This document shows, piece by piece, positions 56,385 to 64,000 of a DNA stretch of 64,000 nt. The notes beneath the pieces were generated by a model. It was not told where the DNA came from and did no database searches. It saw only the letters and a list, made by a program, of their open reading frames with translations. Positions within the stretch are counted from its first letter, which is position 1, and the number at the start of each line of letters is the position of its first letter. The position numbers and the translations under genes are program-made. This DNA is from Candidatus Poriferihabitaceae bacterium (GTDB lineage: Bacteria > Pseudomonadota > Gammaproteobacteria > Arenicellales > Poriferihabitantaceae), in assembly GCA_965214055.1 (NCBI GenBank), contig OZ243931.1, positions 1,583,380 to 1,647,379 of the forward strand, given 5' to 3'.

Positions 56385-57155
56385 ATGGCCCTGGCCAAAC
56401 GAATCATTCCCTGTCTGGACATCGACAATGGCCGGGTTGTCAAAGGCGTGCAATTTGTGGATATCTGTGATGCGGGTGACCCGGTGGAAGTGGCCAGGCG
56501 ATACGATGCCCAGGGAGCGGATGAAATCACATTTCTGGATATAACCGCCAGCTCTGACGGCAGGGATACCCTGGTCCATGTGGTGGAACAGGTCGCCAGT
56601 GAAGTGTTTATCCCCCTGACGGTGGGCGGAGGGATTCGCCGGCTTGATGACATCCCCCGTCTGCTCAAGGTCGGGGCAGACAAGGTATCCATTAACACCA
56701 CGGCGGTGAACAATCCGGACTTCATTCGCCAGGCCAGCCGGCATTTTGGGAACCAGTGCATTGTCGTGGCCATTGATGCCAAGCGGGTGGACGCCGGGTC
56801 CGGGGACAAATGGGAAATTTATACTCATGGAGGCAGGAAGCGGACCGGGATTGATGCCATAGAATGGTCGATGAAGATGGCGGACCTGGGCGCGGGTGAA
56901 TTGCTGGTCACGAGTATGGACCGGGACGGCACCAAAAACGGTTTTGATCTGGCGTTAATGAAACAAATCAGCCGTAGCGTTTCGGTCCCGGTGATTGCTT
57001 CGGGGGGGGTCGGTTCGCTGGACCACCTGGCGGCAGGAGTGCTTGAAGGCGGCGCGGATGCGGTACTCGCCGCCAGTATATTCCATTACGGAGAGTTTAC
57101 GGTGGGGCAGGCCAAATCCTACATGGCAGCGCGGGGTATTGAGGTCAGGCTGTAG
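56385..57155 (+). CDS. hisF: imidazole glycerol phosphate synthase, cyclase subunit
   Basis: [20 protein letters not shown]...[11 protein letters not shown]...PLTVGGGIR...VIASGGVG. Confidence 0.95.
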   Translation: MALAKRIIPCLDIDNGRVVKGVQFVDICDAGDPVEVARRYDAQGADEITFLDITASSDGRDTLVHVVEQVASEVFIPLTVGGGIRRLDDIPRLLKVGADKVSINTTAVNNPDFIRQASRHFGNQCIVVAIDAKRVDAGSGDKWEIYTHGGRKRTGIDAIEWSMKMADLGAGELLVTSMDRDGTKNGFDLALMKQISRSVSVPVIASGGVGSLDHLAAGVLEGGADAVLAASIFHYGEFTVGQAKSYMAARGIEVRL

Positions 57156-57165
57156 ACGGGTTAAC

Positions 57166-57558
57166 ATGAATGTCATGATTGAACAGGTACAGTGGAACGA
57201 AGCGGGCCTGGTTCCTGCCATCGCGCAGCAGCACGATACCGGGCAAGTGCTCATGGTAGCCTGGATGAACCGTGAGGCGCTTGAGGCCACGCTGACCGAG
57301 GGAAGGGCCATTTATTTTTCCCGCTCACGGCAAAAACTGTGGCGCAAGGGGGAGGAATCCGGCCATGTGCAGCAGCTCAGGGAGATCAGGATCGACTGTG
57401 ACGGTGATGTCGTGTTAATGCAGGTGGAGCAGATAGGCGGAATCGCCTGCCATACCGGCAGGCACAACTGTTTTTACAGGCGCTATCAGGACGGTGAGTG
57501 GGAAGAGGTGGACCCTGTCCTGAAAGACCCGGCCGAAATATACCCGGCTACGTCTTGA
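57166..57558 (+). CDS. hisI: phosphoribosyl-AMP cyclohydrolase (monofunctional; no HisE domain)
   Basis: From ATG 57166: ...[26 protein letters not shown]...[20 protein letters not shown]...IDCDGDVVL...[11 protein letters not shown]. The protein is 130 aa and ends before any pyrophosphohydrolase domain. Confidence 0.9.
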   Translation: MNVMIEQVQWNEAGLVPAIAQQHDTGQVLMVAWMNREALEATLTEGRAIYFSRSRQKLWRKGEESGHVQQLREIRIDCDGDVVLMQVEQIGGIACHTGRHNCFYRRYQDGEWEEVDPVLKDPAEIYPATS

Positions 57559-57708
57559 AAAACATTCCGCAGTGCCGGGATTTCCCGCTAAAATTGGACC
57601 GGGTCGCGTGGGTGCTTGAAGATTCGTTGAAGAGAACCATATTCCATTGGATGAATGGGCAAGCAAGACCCGGTATAAATCAGACAACCTGAGTGGAGAC
57701 AACAGATT

Positions 57709-57942
57709 ATGGGTATTGGCGGAATAAGTCCTGTACAGTTACTGATCATATTGATCATTGTGCTATTGATATTCGGGACCAAAAAACTGCGCAACTTTGG
57801 TGGTGACCTCGGTGGCGCAATCAAGGGGTTCAAAAAAGCCGTCAAGGAAGACAGCACAACTGACAAGATTGAAGAGGCTGACAAAGAGGGGGAAGAAGTT
57901 GTTGTAACGGAAAAGCAGGGAGTAGACAAAAAAAATTCCTGA
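57709..57942 (+). CDS. tatA: twin-arginine translocase subunit TatA
   Basis: [35 protein letters not shown]..., a TM helix plus amphipathic helix. Confidence 0.95.
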   Translation: MGIGGISPVQLLIILIIVLLIFGTKKLRNFGGDLGGAIKGFKKAVKEDSTTDKIEEADKEGEEVVVTEKQGVDKKNS

Positions 57943-57958
57943 CCGGGTTTAGTCTCCC

Positions 57959-58675
57959 ATGTTTGACATTGGTTTTTGGGAGATGGCGTTCATCGGCGTC
58001 ATCGCACTTGTTGTTATTGGGCCGGAGCGACTCCCCGGCGCTGCCCGCACGGTAGGGTTATGGGTCGGCAAGGGTCGTCGGATGCTGGCGGAAATCCAGG
58101 CAGATGTGAAAAAGGAAATTGATGCGCAGGATCTTGCACAGGTCAAGGAACTGAAAAACGAACTCACCTCGGCAACCCGGGAACTCAGCGATATCGCCAG
58201 TGTGGACAATGACCCGCTGGGAATCCAGGAAGCGGGAGAGGGACTGAAGCAGTCCATGGATGAAATCAAAGCGGAGGCCATGGGGAAAGGCACCCAGCCG
58301 TCGGTAGGGAACCCCTCCGCATCCGCAGAGAAAGCAGCTAAAAAGAAGGTAACCAAAAAGAAGGCAGCCAAAAAGAAAGTAGCTAAAAAGAAGGCAGCGA
58401 AAAAGAAAGTAGCCAAAAAGAAGGTCACCACAAAGAAGGCAGCCACAAAGAAGGCAGCCAAAAAGAAGGTAGCGAAAAAGAAAGCACCGGCCAAAAAAGC
58501 AACCTCATCCGTCAGAGATGCATCGAAAAGGAAAGCCGCAAGGAAAAAGTCACCCGGCAACCCATCCGCAACCAAAACAGCCAGGAAGTTGAAGTCAAAG
58601 AAGGCCTCCACCAGGAAGACCTCCCAGCCTGCCCGGAAGACGGCAAAACCCGGTGCAGGCGATCAGGCGAAGTGA
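57959..58675 (+). CDS. tatB: twin-arginine translocase subunit TatB with an extended Lys/Ala-rich repeat tail
   Basis: MFDIGFWEMAFIGVIALVVIGPERLPGAARTVGLWVGKGRR is the canonical TatB N-terminus. The C-terminal half is KKK-repeat rich (see the repeat feature). Confidence 0.9.
   Translation: MFDIGFWEMAFIGVIALVVIGPERLPGAARTVGLWVGKGRRMLAEIQADVKKEIDAQDLAQVKELKNELTSATRELSDIASVDNDPLGIQEAGEGLKQSMDEIKAEAMGKGTQPSVGNPSASAEKAAKKKVTKKKAAKKKVAKKKAAKKKVAKKKVTTKKAATKKAAKKKVAKKKAPAKKATSSVRDASKRKAARKKSPGNPSATKTARKLKSKKASTRKTSQPARKTAKPGAGDQAK
58334..58498 (+). repeat. in-frame 15-nt tandem repeat, about 11 copies, encoding [A/V][A/T]KKK pentapeptides inside tatB
   Basis: Units GCAGCCAAAAAGAAA / GTAGCTAAAAAGAAG alternate, giving AAKKK VTKKK AAKKK VAKKK AAKKK VAKKK VTTKK AATKK AAKKK VAKKK APAKK. 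Confidence 0.9.
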
Positions 58676-58678
58676 CCG

Positions 58679-59452
58679 GTGGCTGAAAACGAAGAAAACG
58701 GAATCGCGGGGGAAGGGACGTTTGTTTCCCATTTGATCGAACTGCGTGACCGCCTGCTCCGGGGGGTATTGTCCGTACTGGTGTTTTTCATCCTGCTGGT
58801 TCCCTTTGCCAATACACTGTATGAGGTCTTGGCGAATCCATTGATGTCTGCGTTGCCCGAAGGCAACACCATGATTTCTACGGAACCTCACGGACCCTTT
58901 TTCGTCCCGTTCAAATTTGCATTTGCCTGTGCCTTTGCACTGGCTGTTCCGTATCTGCTGTACCAGATGTGGGCGTTTGTTGCCCCCGGGTTGTACAAAA
59001 AGGAAAAACGCCTGGTGATGCCGTTGCTGATTTCCAGCAGCGGGCTGTTTTATCTTGGGATTCTGTTTTCGTATTTTGTGGTCTTCCCCATCATTTTCAC
59101 CTTTTTTGCCAATACTGCTCCAGAAGGGGTGGCGGTGATGACCGATATCAACGCGTACCTGAGTTTTGTCATCAAGTTGTTTTTCGCCTTTGGGGTGGCC
59201 TTTGAAGTGCCGGTTGCAACCATGCTGATGGTACACATGGGGGTCACCGATGTCCCCAGCCTGAAGAAAAAACGTCCCTACATCATTGTCTCGGCATTTG
59301 TAGTGGGCATGCTCCTCACGCCGCCGGACATCTTTTCCCAGACGCTGCTTGCATTGCCGGTCTGGGCCCTGTTCGAGGCCGGGTTATACTGCTGCCGTTT
59401 CCTGAAACGGGGCACTGACGACGATGGGACGAAACTGGACCAGGGCGTATAG
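58679..59452 (+). CDS. tatC: twin-arginine translocase subunit TatC
   Basis: GTG start. ...FVSHLIELRDRLLRG..., six TM segments, and ...LLTPPDIFSQTLLALP. Confidence 0.95.
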   Translation: MAENEENGIAGEGTFVSHLIELRDRLLRGVLSVLVFFILLVPFANTLYEVLANPLMSALPEGNTMISTEPHGPFFVPFKFAFACAFALAVPYLLYQMWAFVAPGLYKKEKRLVMPLLISSSGLFYLGILFSYFVVFPIIFTFFANTAPEGVAVMTDINAYLSFVIKLFFAFGVAFEVPVATMLMVHMGVTDVPSLKKKRPYIIVSAFVVGMLLTPPDIFSQTLLALPVWALFEAGLYCCRFLKRGTDDDGTKLDQGV

Positions 59453-59554
59453 TGGCCAGTCGGGTGCGGGTCGCCGACAATGCACAGCCGGGGCTTGTTT
59501 CCGGGTCCCGGGGAGTGTCAGGGCCCCCGTTGCGGCCAGGGACCCGGGAGATCA

Positions 59555-60268
59555 TCAACTGTTGAGGATTCGCCACTCCTGGTTGATGAACCCGAACAGC
59601 GGCCTGAAGTTGCTTTTGTACGACATTTTGCTGCATCCATTGATCCAGTATCCAAGGTAAAGCCAGTCAAGGCCCACCTTCTGGACATACTCAATCTGCT
59701 TCATAATGGCATAGGTTCCAAGACTGCGTTTCGCCATGGCTGGATCGAAATAGGTATAGACCGCGGACATTCCGTCATCGGGCAGGTCGCACACCGATAC
59801 GCAGACCAGTTTTTCATTGATGCGGAATTCCAGGAAAACGCTGTCAATGGGGGAATCCACCATGGATTCCCGGTACCGGTCCGGGTCGTTGTGATCCATG
59901 TTGTCGCCGGCGTGACGCCAGGACTGGTAGCGGCAAAACAATTCGAAGTGCTCTTCACTGAAACCGGCGGGTACCATGGTGGTGTAAACATCCCGGTTTC
60001 TCTTGTAGCATCGGCGCTGGGCCCGGTTCGGCAGATACTCACTGGCGGGGATTCTGACCGATACACAGGCATGGCAGTTCCGGCAATAAGGCCGGTAAAC
60101 AATCTTTCCGCTTCGCCGGAAACCGGACTTGAGTGACAGGGAAAACAATTGATGGTCGATTCCGGAATCCGTCTCCATCACCATCGTCGTTGCCGTTTCC
60201 GACTCGAGATATGGACAGGCGTAGGGAGCCGACAAAAAAAACCGGGGTCTATGCAGCGGAATGGTCAC
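59555..60268 (-). CDS. bpt: arginyltransferase-family aminoacyl-tRNA--protein transferase (Bpt)
   Basis: ...CPYLESETATT...GFRRSGKIVYRPYCRNCHACVSVRI...RRCYKRN...YLGYWI. Confidence 0.9.
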   Translation of the reverse strand: MTIPLHRPRFFLSAPYACPYLESETATTMVMETDSGIDHQLFSLSLKSGFRRSGKIVYRPYCRNCHACVSVRIPASEYLPNRAQRRCYKRNRDVYTTMVPAGFSEEHFELFCRYQSWRHAGDNMDHNDPDRYRESMVDSPIDSVFLEFRINEKLVCVSVCDLPDDGMSAVYTYFDPAMAKRSLGTYAIMKQIEYVQKVGLDWLYLGYWINGCSKMSYKSNFRPLFGFINQEWRILNS

Positions 60269-60969
60269 GATGTTGGGAAGGGCGGCATGAACATGGTTTC
60301 GGGGTCCAGCGATGACCAGCTTTCGATTTTGTCCGGTTGGGACAGGGCCAGCTCCAGGTTTTCAAGGAATTCCCGCCTTGGTATCTCGGTGGCCCCCAGG
60401 CTCAGCAGATGGGGGGAGGTGACCTGGCAGTCAATCAAATGGTACTGCCGCGCACAAAGATGGGAACTGAGGCAGTACAAGGCGGCCTTCGATGCGTCGG
60501 TCACCAGGGAAAACATACTTTCACCGAAATACATGCCACCCATGGCGATGCCGTACAGTCCCCCTGCCAGCCGTCCATTTTTCCAGACTTCCGTGGAGTG
60601 GGCATATCCCCGGTAATGAAGCTGGATATAGGCTGCCTTCATTTCTTCCGTGATCCAGGTCCCGGGTTCCTGGGCCCGGGGTGCTGCGCAATACTCAATC
60701 ACACTTTCAAAATCCCGGTCGAATGTGAAGGTGAAGCGGTTTTTCCGTATCGATTTTTTCAGGCTGCGGGAAGGCCTGAATTGATGCGGATACAATACAC
60801 ACCGGGGGTCCGGTGACCACCACAGGATGGGTTCGCCTGGGCTGTACCACGGAAAGATACCGCATCGATATGCCTTGAGCAACCGCTTGGTGCTCAGATC
60901 GCCACCGAGGGCAAGCAGGCCCTCTTCCGTGGCAAATTCGGTATCCGGGAAGTCCTCCACCGGGGTCAT
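60265..60969 (-). CDS. aat: leucyl/phenylalanyl-tRNA--protein transferase
   Basis: ...GLLALGGDLSTKRLLKAYRCGIFPWY...PILWWSPDPR...WITEEMKAAYIQLH..GYAHSTEVW..GRLAGGLYG...FGESMFS. 4-nt overlap with bpt. Confidence 0.9.
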   Translation of the reverse strand: MTPVEDFPDTEFATEEGLLALGGDLSTKRLLKAYRCGIFPWYSPGEPILWWSPDPRCVLYPHQFRPSRSLKKSIRKNRFTFTFDRDFESVIEYCAAPRAQEPGTWITEEMKAAYIQLHYRGYAHSTEVWKNGRLAGGLYGIAMGGMYFGESMFSLVTDASKAALYCLSSHLCARQYHLIDCQVTSPHLLSLGATEIPRREFLENLELALSQPDKIESWSSLDPETMFMPPFPTS

Positions 60970-61242
60970 ATCGTCAAGCGGTCCGCGGTATTTTGTGCTG
61001 TCATTTCTGTATACTATCGAACAACTTCGGGCAATGTAAGTTACGGGGATTATATATCGAAGAAAAGGTCACTTCGTGTTTTCCCGGATAAGCCGGCCCG
61101 AATGGGATGAACCCGAACCCCTGTGATTGATGGAGTCCGGACCCCTCTTGTGCGTGGTATGGAGTGGGGAATGATGAAAGAAGTCATGGGACGTATCCAT
61201 ATTCTGTCAACGAATCTGCATTATTCCCTTAACATTATACCG

Positions 61243-62256
61243 ATGCGAATCCTGGGAATAGAAACCTCCTGTGATGACACGGCTGCGGCCATCTATGACA
61301 GCGACCATGGACTGGTTTCCCATTACCATGCTTCACAAGTCGAATTGCACAGCCGGTATGGCGGTGTGGTCCCGGAATTGGCCGCCAGGGACCATATACG
61401 TACCTTGTTGCCTTTGATTGACAAACTGTTTACCGGACCTGAAAATGATTCCAGGGTGCCGGACGGGGTTGCCTATACCGCCGGGCCGGGGTTGTCCGGA
61501 GCGCTGCTGGTAGGCGCTTCACTGGGCAAGAGCCTGGCACAGGCATGGAAAAAGCCGGCATTGGGGGTTCATCATATGGAAGGGCATTTGCTGGCCCCGA
61601 TGCTGGAGGAGTGTCCCCCCGAGTTCCCGTTGCTGGCACTGCTGGTGTCAGGTGGACACACGTTGCTGGTGGATGTTCCCGCACCCGGCCGATACCGGAT
61701 ACTGGGGGGAACCCTGGATGATGCGGTAGGAGAAGCTTTCGATAAAACGGCGAAATTACTCGGTCTTGGATATCCTGGGGGACCGGTGATCGCACGCGTT
61801 GCAACGGCTGGAAATCCCGACCGGTTCCAGTTTCCACGACCCATGACCAATCGGCCCGGGCTGGATTTCAGTTTCAGCGGTCTGAAGACGCATGCCCTGA
61901 CCACGGCGCAACAACACGAACTCGACCCCCAGACTGTGGCGGATATCGCTCTTGCATTCGAGCGGGCGGCGGTGGATACCCTGGCCATAAAATGTGTCAG
62001 GGCAATCCAGGCGACCAGGCGGAAGCGACTGGTTGTGGCCGGGGGAGTGGGCGCGAACCGGCGTTTGCGGGAAAAGCTGGAAGGATTGTCCCTTGATAAC
62101 GGCTTCGAGGTATTTTACCCGAGACCTGAATTCTGCACCGATAACGGAGCCATGATCGCCTATGCCGGATATTTCCGATTCAACCTGCATAAAGAGAGAA
62201 GTCACAGCTGCAGCTTCGGGGTGTATCCAAGATGGAGCCTGGAAGAGATAGAATAA
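61243..62256 (+). CDS. tsaD: tRNA N6-adenosine threonylcarbamoyltransferase
   Basis: From ATG 61243: [19 protein letters not shown]...[11 protein letters not shown]...[11 protein letters not shown]...LLVSGGHT...VAGGVGAN. The track start 61123 is over-extended. Confidence 0.95.
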   Translation: MRILGIETSCDDTAAAIYDSDHGLVSHYHASQVELHSRYGGVVPELAARDHIRTLLPLIDKLFTGPENDSRVPDGVAYTAGPGLSGALLVGASLGKSLAQAWKKPALGVHHMEGHLLAPMLEECPPEFPLLALLVSGGHTLLVDVPAPGRYRILGGTLDDAVGEAFDKTAKLLGLGYPGGPVIARVATAGNPDRFQFPRPMTNRPGLDFSFSGLKTHALTTAQQHELDPQTVADIALAFERAAVDTLAIKCVRAIQATRRKRLVVAGGVGANRRLREKLEGLSLDNGFEVFYPRPEFCTDNGAMIAYAGYFRFNLHKERSHSCSFGVYPRWSLEEIE

Positions 62257-62265
62257 CCCGTGGCT

Positions 62266-62850
62266 CTACCATTGAATCCTGTTTTCATTCCCGGCAATAA
62301 AACGGGAAATATTTGTTTTGTGCCGCCAGAACAGCAATGTACCGATGAACAGTGCAAGAAAAAAATAAGCCGTTTCGGGCAATATCCAGAGCACCAGCAA
62401 AGGGGCACAGGTTGTGGCAGTCAGTGCGGCCACAGAGGAATAACGGAAGATGACGGCAACGGTCAGCCAGATCGACACCAGGATCAATGTGACGGGAAGA
62501 CTCGTGCCGATAAATACGCCCAGGGCAGCAGCCACCCCTTTCCCCCCCTTGAAGCCGAAGAACAGCGGAAACAGGTGGCCAAGGAAAGCTGCTCCCCCCA
62601 CCACGGCAATGGTGGTGGCGCTGTCGGTGGCGAATTTTGCCGCAAATACGGGAAGAAAACCTTTGAGAACATCGCCAAACAACGTAATGGCCGCTGCTTT
62701 TTTACCCCCGATCCGAAGTACATTTGTCGCGCCGGGATTATTTGACCCCAGAGTGCGGGGGTCGGATAATCCCATGGCTTTACAGACTATAATCGCGCTG
62801 GAAATGGATCCCACGCAATATGCGATCAGTGGAAGAATGACGATTTCCAT
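62266..62850 (-). CDS. plsY: glycerol-3-phosphate acyltransferase PlsY
   Basis: ...YCVGSISSAIIVCK...GSNNPGATNVLR..GKK...DVLKG...GHLFPLFFGFKGGKGVA. Confidence 0.95.
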   Translation of the reverse strand: MEIVILPLIAYCVGSISSAIIVCKAMGLSDPRTLGSNNPGATNVLRIGGKKAAAITLFGDVLKGFLPVFAAKFATDSATTIAVVGGAAFLGHLFPLFFGFKGGKGVAAALGVFIGTSLPVTLILVSIWLTVAVIFRYSSVAALTATTCAPLLVLWILPETAYFFLALFIGTLLFWRHKTNISRFIAGNENRIQW

Positions 62851-62921
62851 GGGGTATCGGTTGAATTACATTGGATACATCCTGTTTGGATGATCCGCAA
62901 CGCTATAGTCTAATATTAATT

Positions 62922-63278
62922 GTGGACATTATTTACCTTCACGGTCTAAAAGTCGACTGTGTAATCGGGGTCTGGGAATGGGAAAGGCAGATCACCCAGT
63001 CGATTACCATTGACCTGGACATGGGTTTTGATACCCGGCCGGCTGCGGCCAGTGACAGCCTGGAAGACACGTTGAGCTACAAGGATGTTTCAAAGCGTGT
63101 GGAACAGCATGTGAAAACCTCCGAAAATCTTCTGGTGGAAAGACTGGCGCAGGAAGTTGCAGACATTTTGTTGACCGAGTTTGAAATCCGGTGGTGCCGG
63201 GTAAAAATCAACAAGTTCGGTGCAGTTCGGGGCGCCAGGGATGTTGGCATCATTATTGAAAGGGGCGAGAAAGGGTGA
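62922..63278 (+). CDS. folB: dihydroneopterin aldolase
   Basis: From GTG 62922: VDIIYLHGLKVDCVIGVWEWERQITQSITIDLDM...DTLSYKDV. Divergent plsY/folB pairing as in E. coli. Confidence 0.85.
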   Translation: MDIIYLHGLKVDCVIGVWEWERQITQSITIDLDMGFDTRPAAASDSLEDTLSYKDVSKRVEQHVKTSENLLVERLAQEVADILLTEFEIRWCRVKINKFGAVRGARDVGIIIERGEKG

Positions 63279-63766
63279 CTCAGGTTGTTGTGAGTCTTGG
63301 CAGTAACATTCACCGCGAAACCAATATTCGGTTTGCCGTGGGAAAAATCAGGCAAAAATTTGGCGCGATTGAAATTTCTCCCATTTATGAGACTGAATCG
63401 GTGGGATTTGACGGTCCGCCGTTTTTGAATCTCGTCATCGGATTCCAGTGCCCCCGCACCCTGTCGGACCTGCGCACGGACTTGCGTGAGATTGAAACAG
63501 CGTGCGGAAGAATACGGGGCAGGAAATCGTTTGACAACCGGGTGCTTGATATTGATGTCCTCCTTTTGGGTCACCAGGACCTCCGCGCAGACGGATACAA
63601 TATTCCCCGGGACGAGATTGAGAAATACGCCTATGTGCTCAAGCCCCTGGCAGACTTGTATCCGAATTGGTGCCATCCCGTCAGCGGGTTGACGTATGGG
63701 CAGATGTGGAAGGATTTCAATCAAACAGGGCAGCAACTCGGGTTAATCGACTTTGCGTTACCGTGA
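63275..63766 (+). CDS. folK: 2-amino-4-hydroxy-6-hydroxymethyldihydropteridine diphosphokinase
   Basis: VVVSLGSNI...ISPIYETESVG...FLNLVIGF...LDIDVLLLG...PRDEI..YAYVLKPLADL. Overlaps the folB stop. Confidence 0.9.
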   Translation: MTQVVVSLGSNIHRETNIRFAVGKIRQKFGAIEISPIYETESVGFDGPPFLNLVIGFQCPRTLSDLRTDLREIETACGRIRGRKSFDNRVLDIDVLLLGHQDLRADGYNIPRDEIEKYAYVLKPLADLYPNWCHPVSGLTYGQMWKDFNQTGQQLGLIDFALP

Positions 63767-64000
63767 GGGTGGCCCCTGTTCGGGGTTTGCCGGTGATTTC
63801 CCCAGCATTCTGGCCAGGGTTTCATTCCGGTCTATGAAATGGTGCTTGAGTGCAGCGAGGGCATGGATACCCGAGAGCAGGATCACCGACAGTGCGAACC
63901 AGTAGTGCAGTTCCCCGGCCCAGTCCTCCTGGTTGGCGGACGATAGCGTTGCCGGAACCTCAAACAGGTTGAAGACCCGGATACTGCTGCCATCCGCCGT
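63758..64000 (-). CDS. cytochrome b561 family protein (C-terminal 80 aa; 5' part beyond window)
   Basis: The minus frame reads ...FNLFEVPATLSSANQEDWAGELHYWFALSVILLSGIHALAALKHHFIDRNETLARML..., the conserved last TM helix and His of CybB-type proteins. The stop at 63758-63760 overlaps the folK end. Confidence 0.7.
   Translation of the reverse strand, partial: TADGSSIRVFNLFEVPATLSSANQEDWAGELHYWFALSVILLSGIHALAALKHHFIDRNETLARMLGKSPANPEQGPPSR

Noticed and set aside
58334-58498. Regular short repeat array that could be mistaken for a CRISPR
   Set aside because: The units are 15 nt, contiguous and without spacers, and in frame inside tatB. It is a coding tandem repeat, not a CRISPR.
57949-58611. 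220-aa minus-strand ORF rich in F, A and L
   Set aside because: This is the reverse complement of the tatB AAG/AAA repeat (Lys codons read as Phe/Leu), so it is an artefact of the repeat.

Overview
This looks like a gammaproteobacterial-type chromosomal segment, moderately GC-rich (hand counts of sample 60-nt lines mostly 50-73%). About two thirds is housekeeping genes in familiar synteny blocks. In order these are: lpoA and rnpB; efp; udg-uvrC-pgsA followed by tRNA-Gly(GCC)/Cys(GCA)/Leu(UAA), the E. coli glyW-cysT-leuZ order; msbA-lpxK-kdsB; def-fmt-rsmB-trkA-trkH; a pcm-like gene with tolC; ilvA; topA-smg; hisBHAFI-tatABC; bpt-aat; tsaD; plsY; folB-folK; and a partial cytochrome b561.

Three accessory stretches interrupt this backbone.

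1. A compositionally mosaic region starts right after tRNA-Leu (about 9.5-20.7 kb). It holds a DUF4338 gene relic, a low-GC nnrU/ABM/hxlR cassette, an orphan very GC-rich solute-binding protein, an orphan DUF4143 AAA ATPase, and a four-gene oxidative operon (IPMDH-like, GMC oxidoreductase, ThDP enzyme, aldehyde dehydrogenase). No integrase is visible.

2. At 21.5-33.3 kb there is a complete corrinoid-dependent methyl-transfer system built around a non-pyrrolysine MttB-family methyltransferase. It includes a corrinoid protein, DUF1638, a Virulence_fact-type protein, a methyl-THF:corrinoid methyltransferase, a GFA protein, a RamA-like reductive activase and a GNAT. It sits head-to-head with a PotABCD-type ABC importer. 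This is the best candidate for an undescribed system. The substrate is unknown, and the carrier protein and its three partner enzymes carry strikingly complementary poly-acidic and poly-arginine tails.

3. At 37.46-38.73 kb a TumE/TumA-like toxin-antitoxin pair lies next to a frameshifted mug-like DNA glycosylase pseudogene.

Other points worth a second look:
- a two-gene module of unknown function (552-aa protein plus a DUF3726-like protein) between rnpB and efp;
- a TatB with an 11-copy lysine-rich pentapeptide repeat tail;
- apparent loss of hisE, dprA and rsmI from their usual positions;
- a 600-nt unassigned gap upstream of msbA.

No rRNA, CRISPR array, intact transposase or integrase was seen. 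All calls come from reading the sequence and the ORF track by eye; no searches were run.
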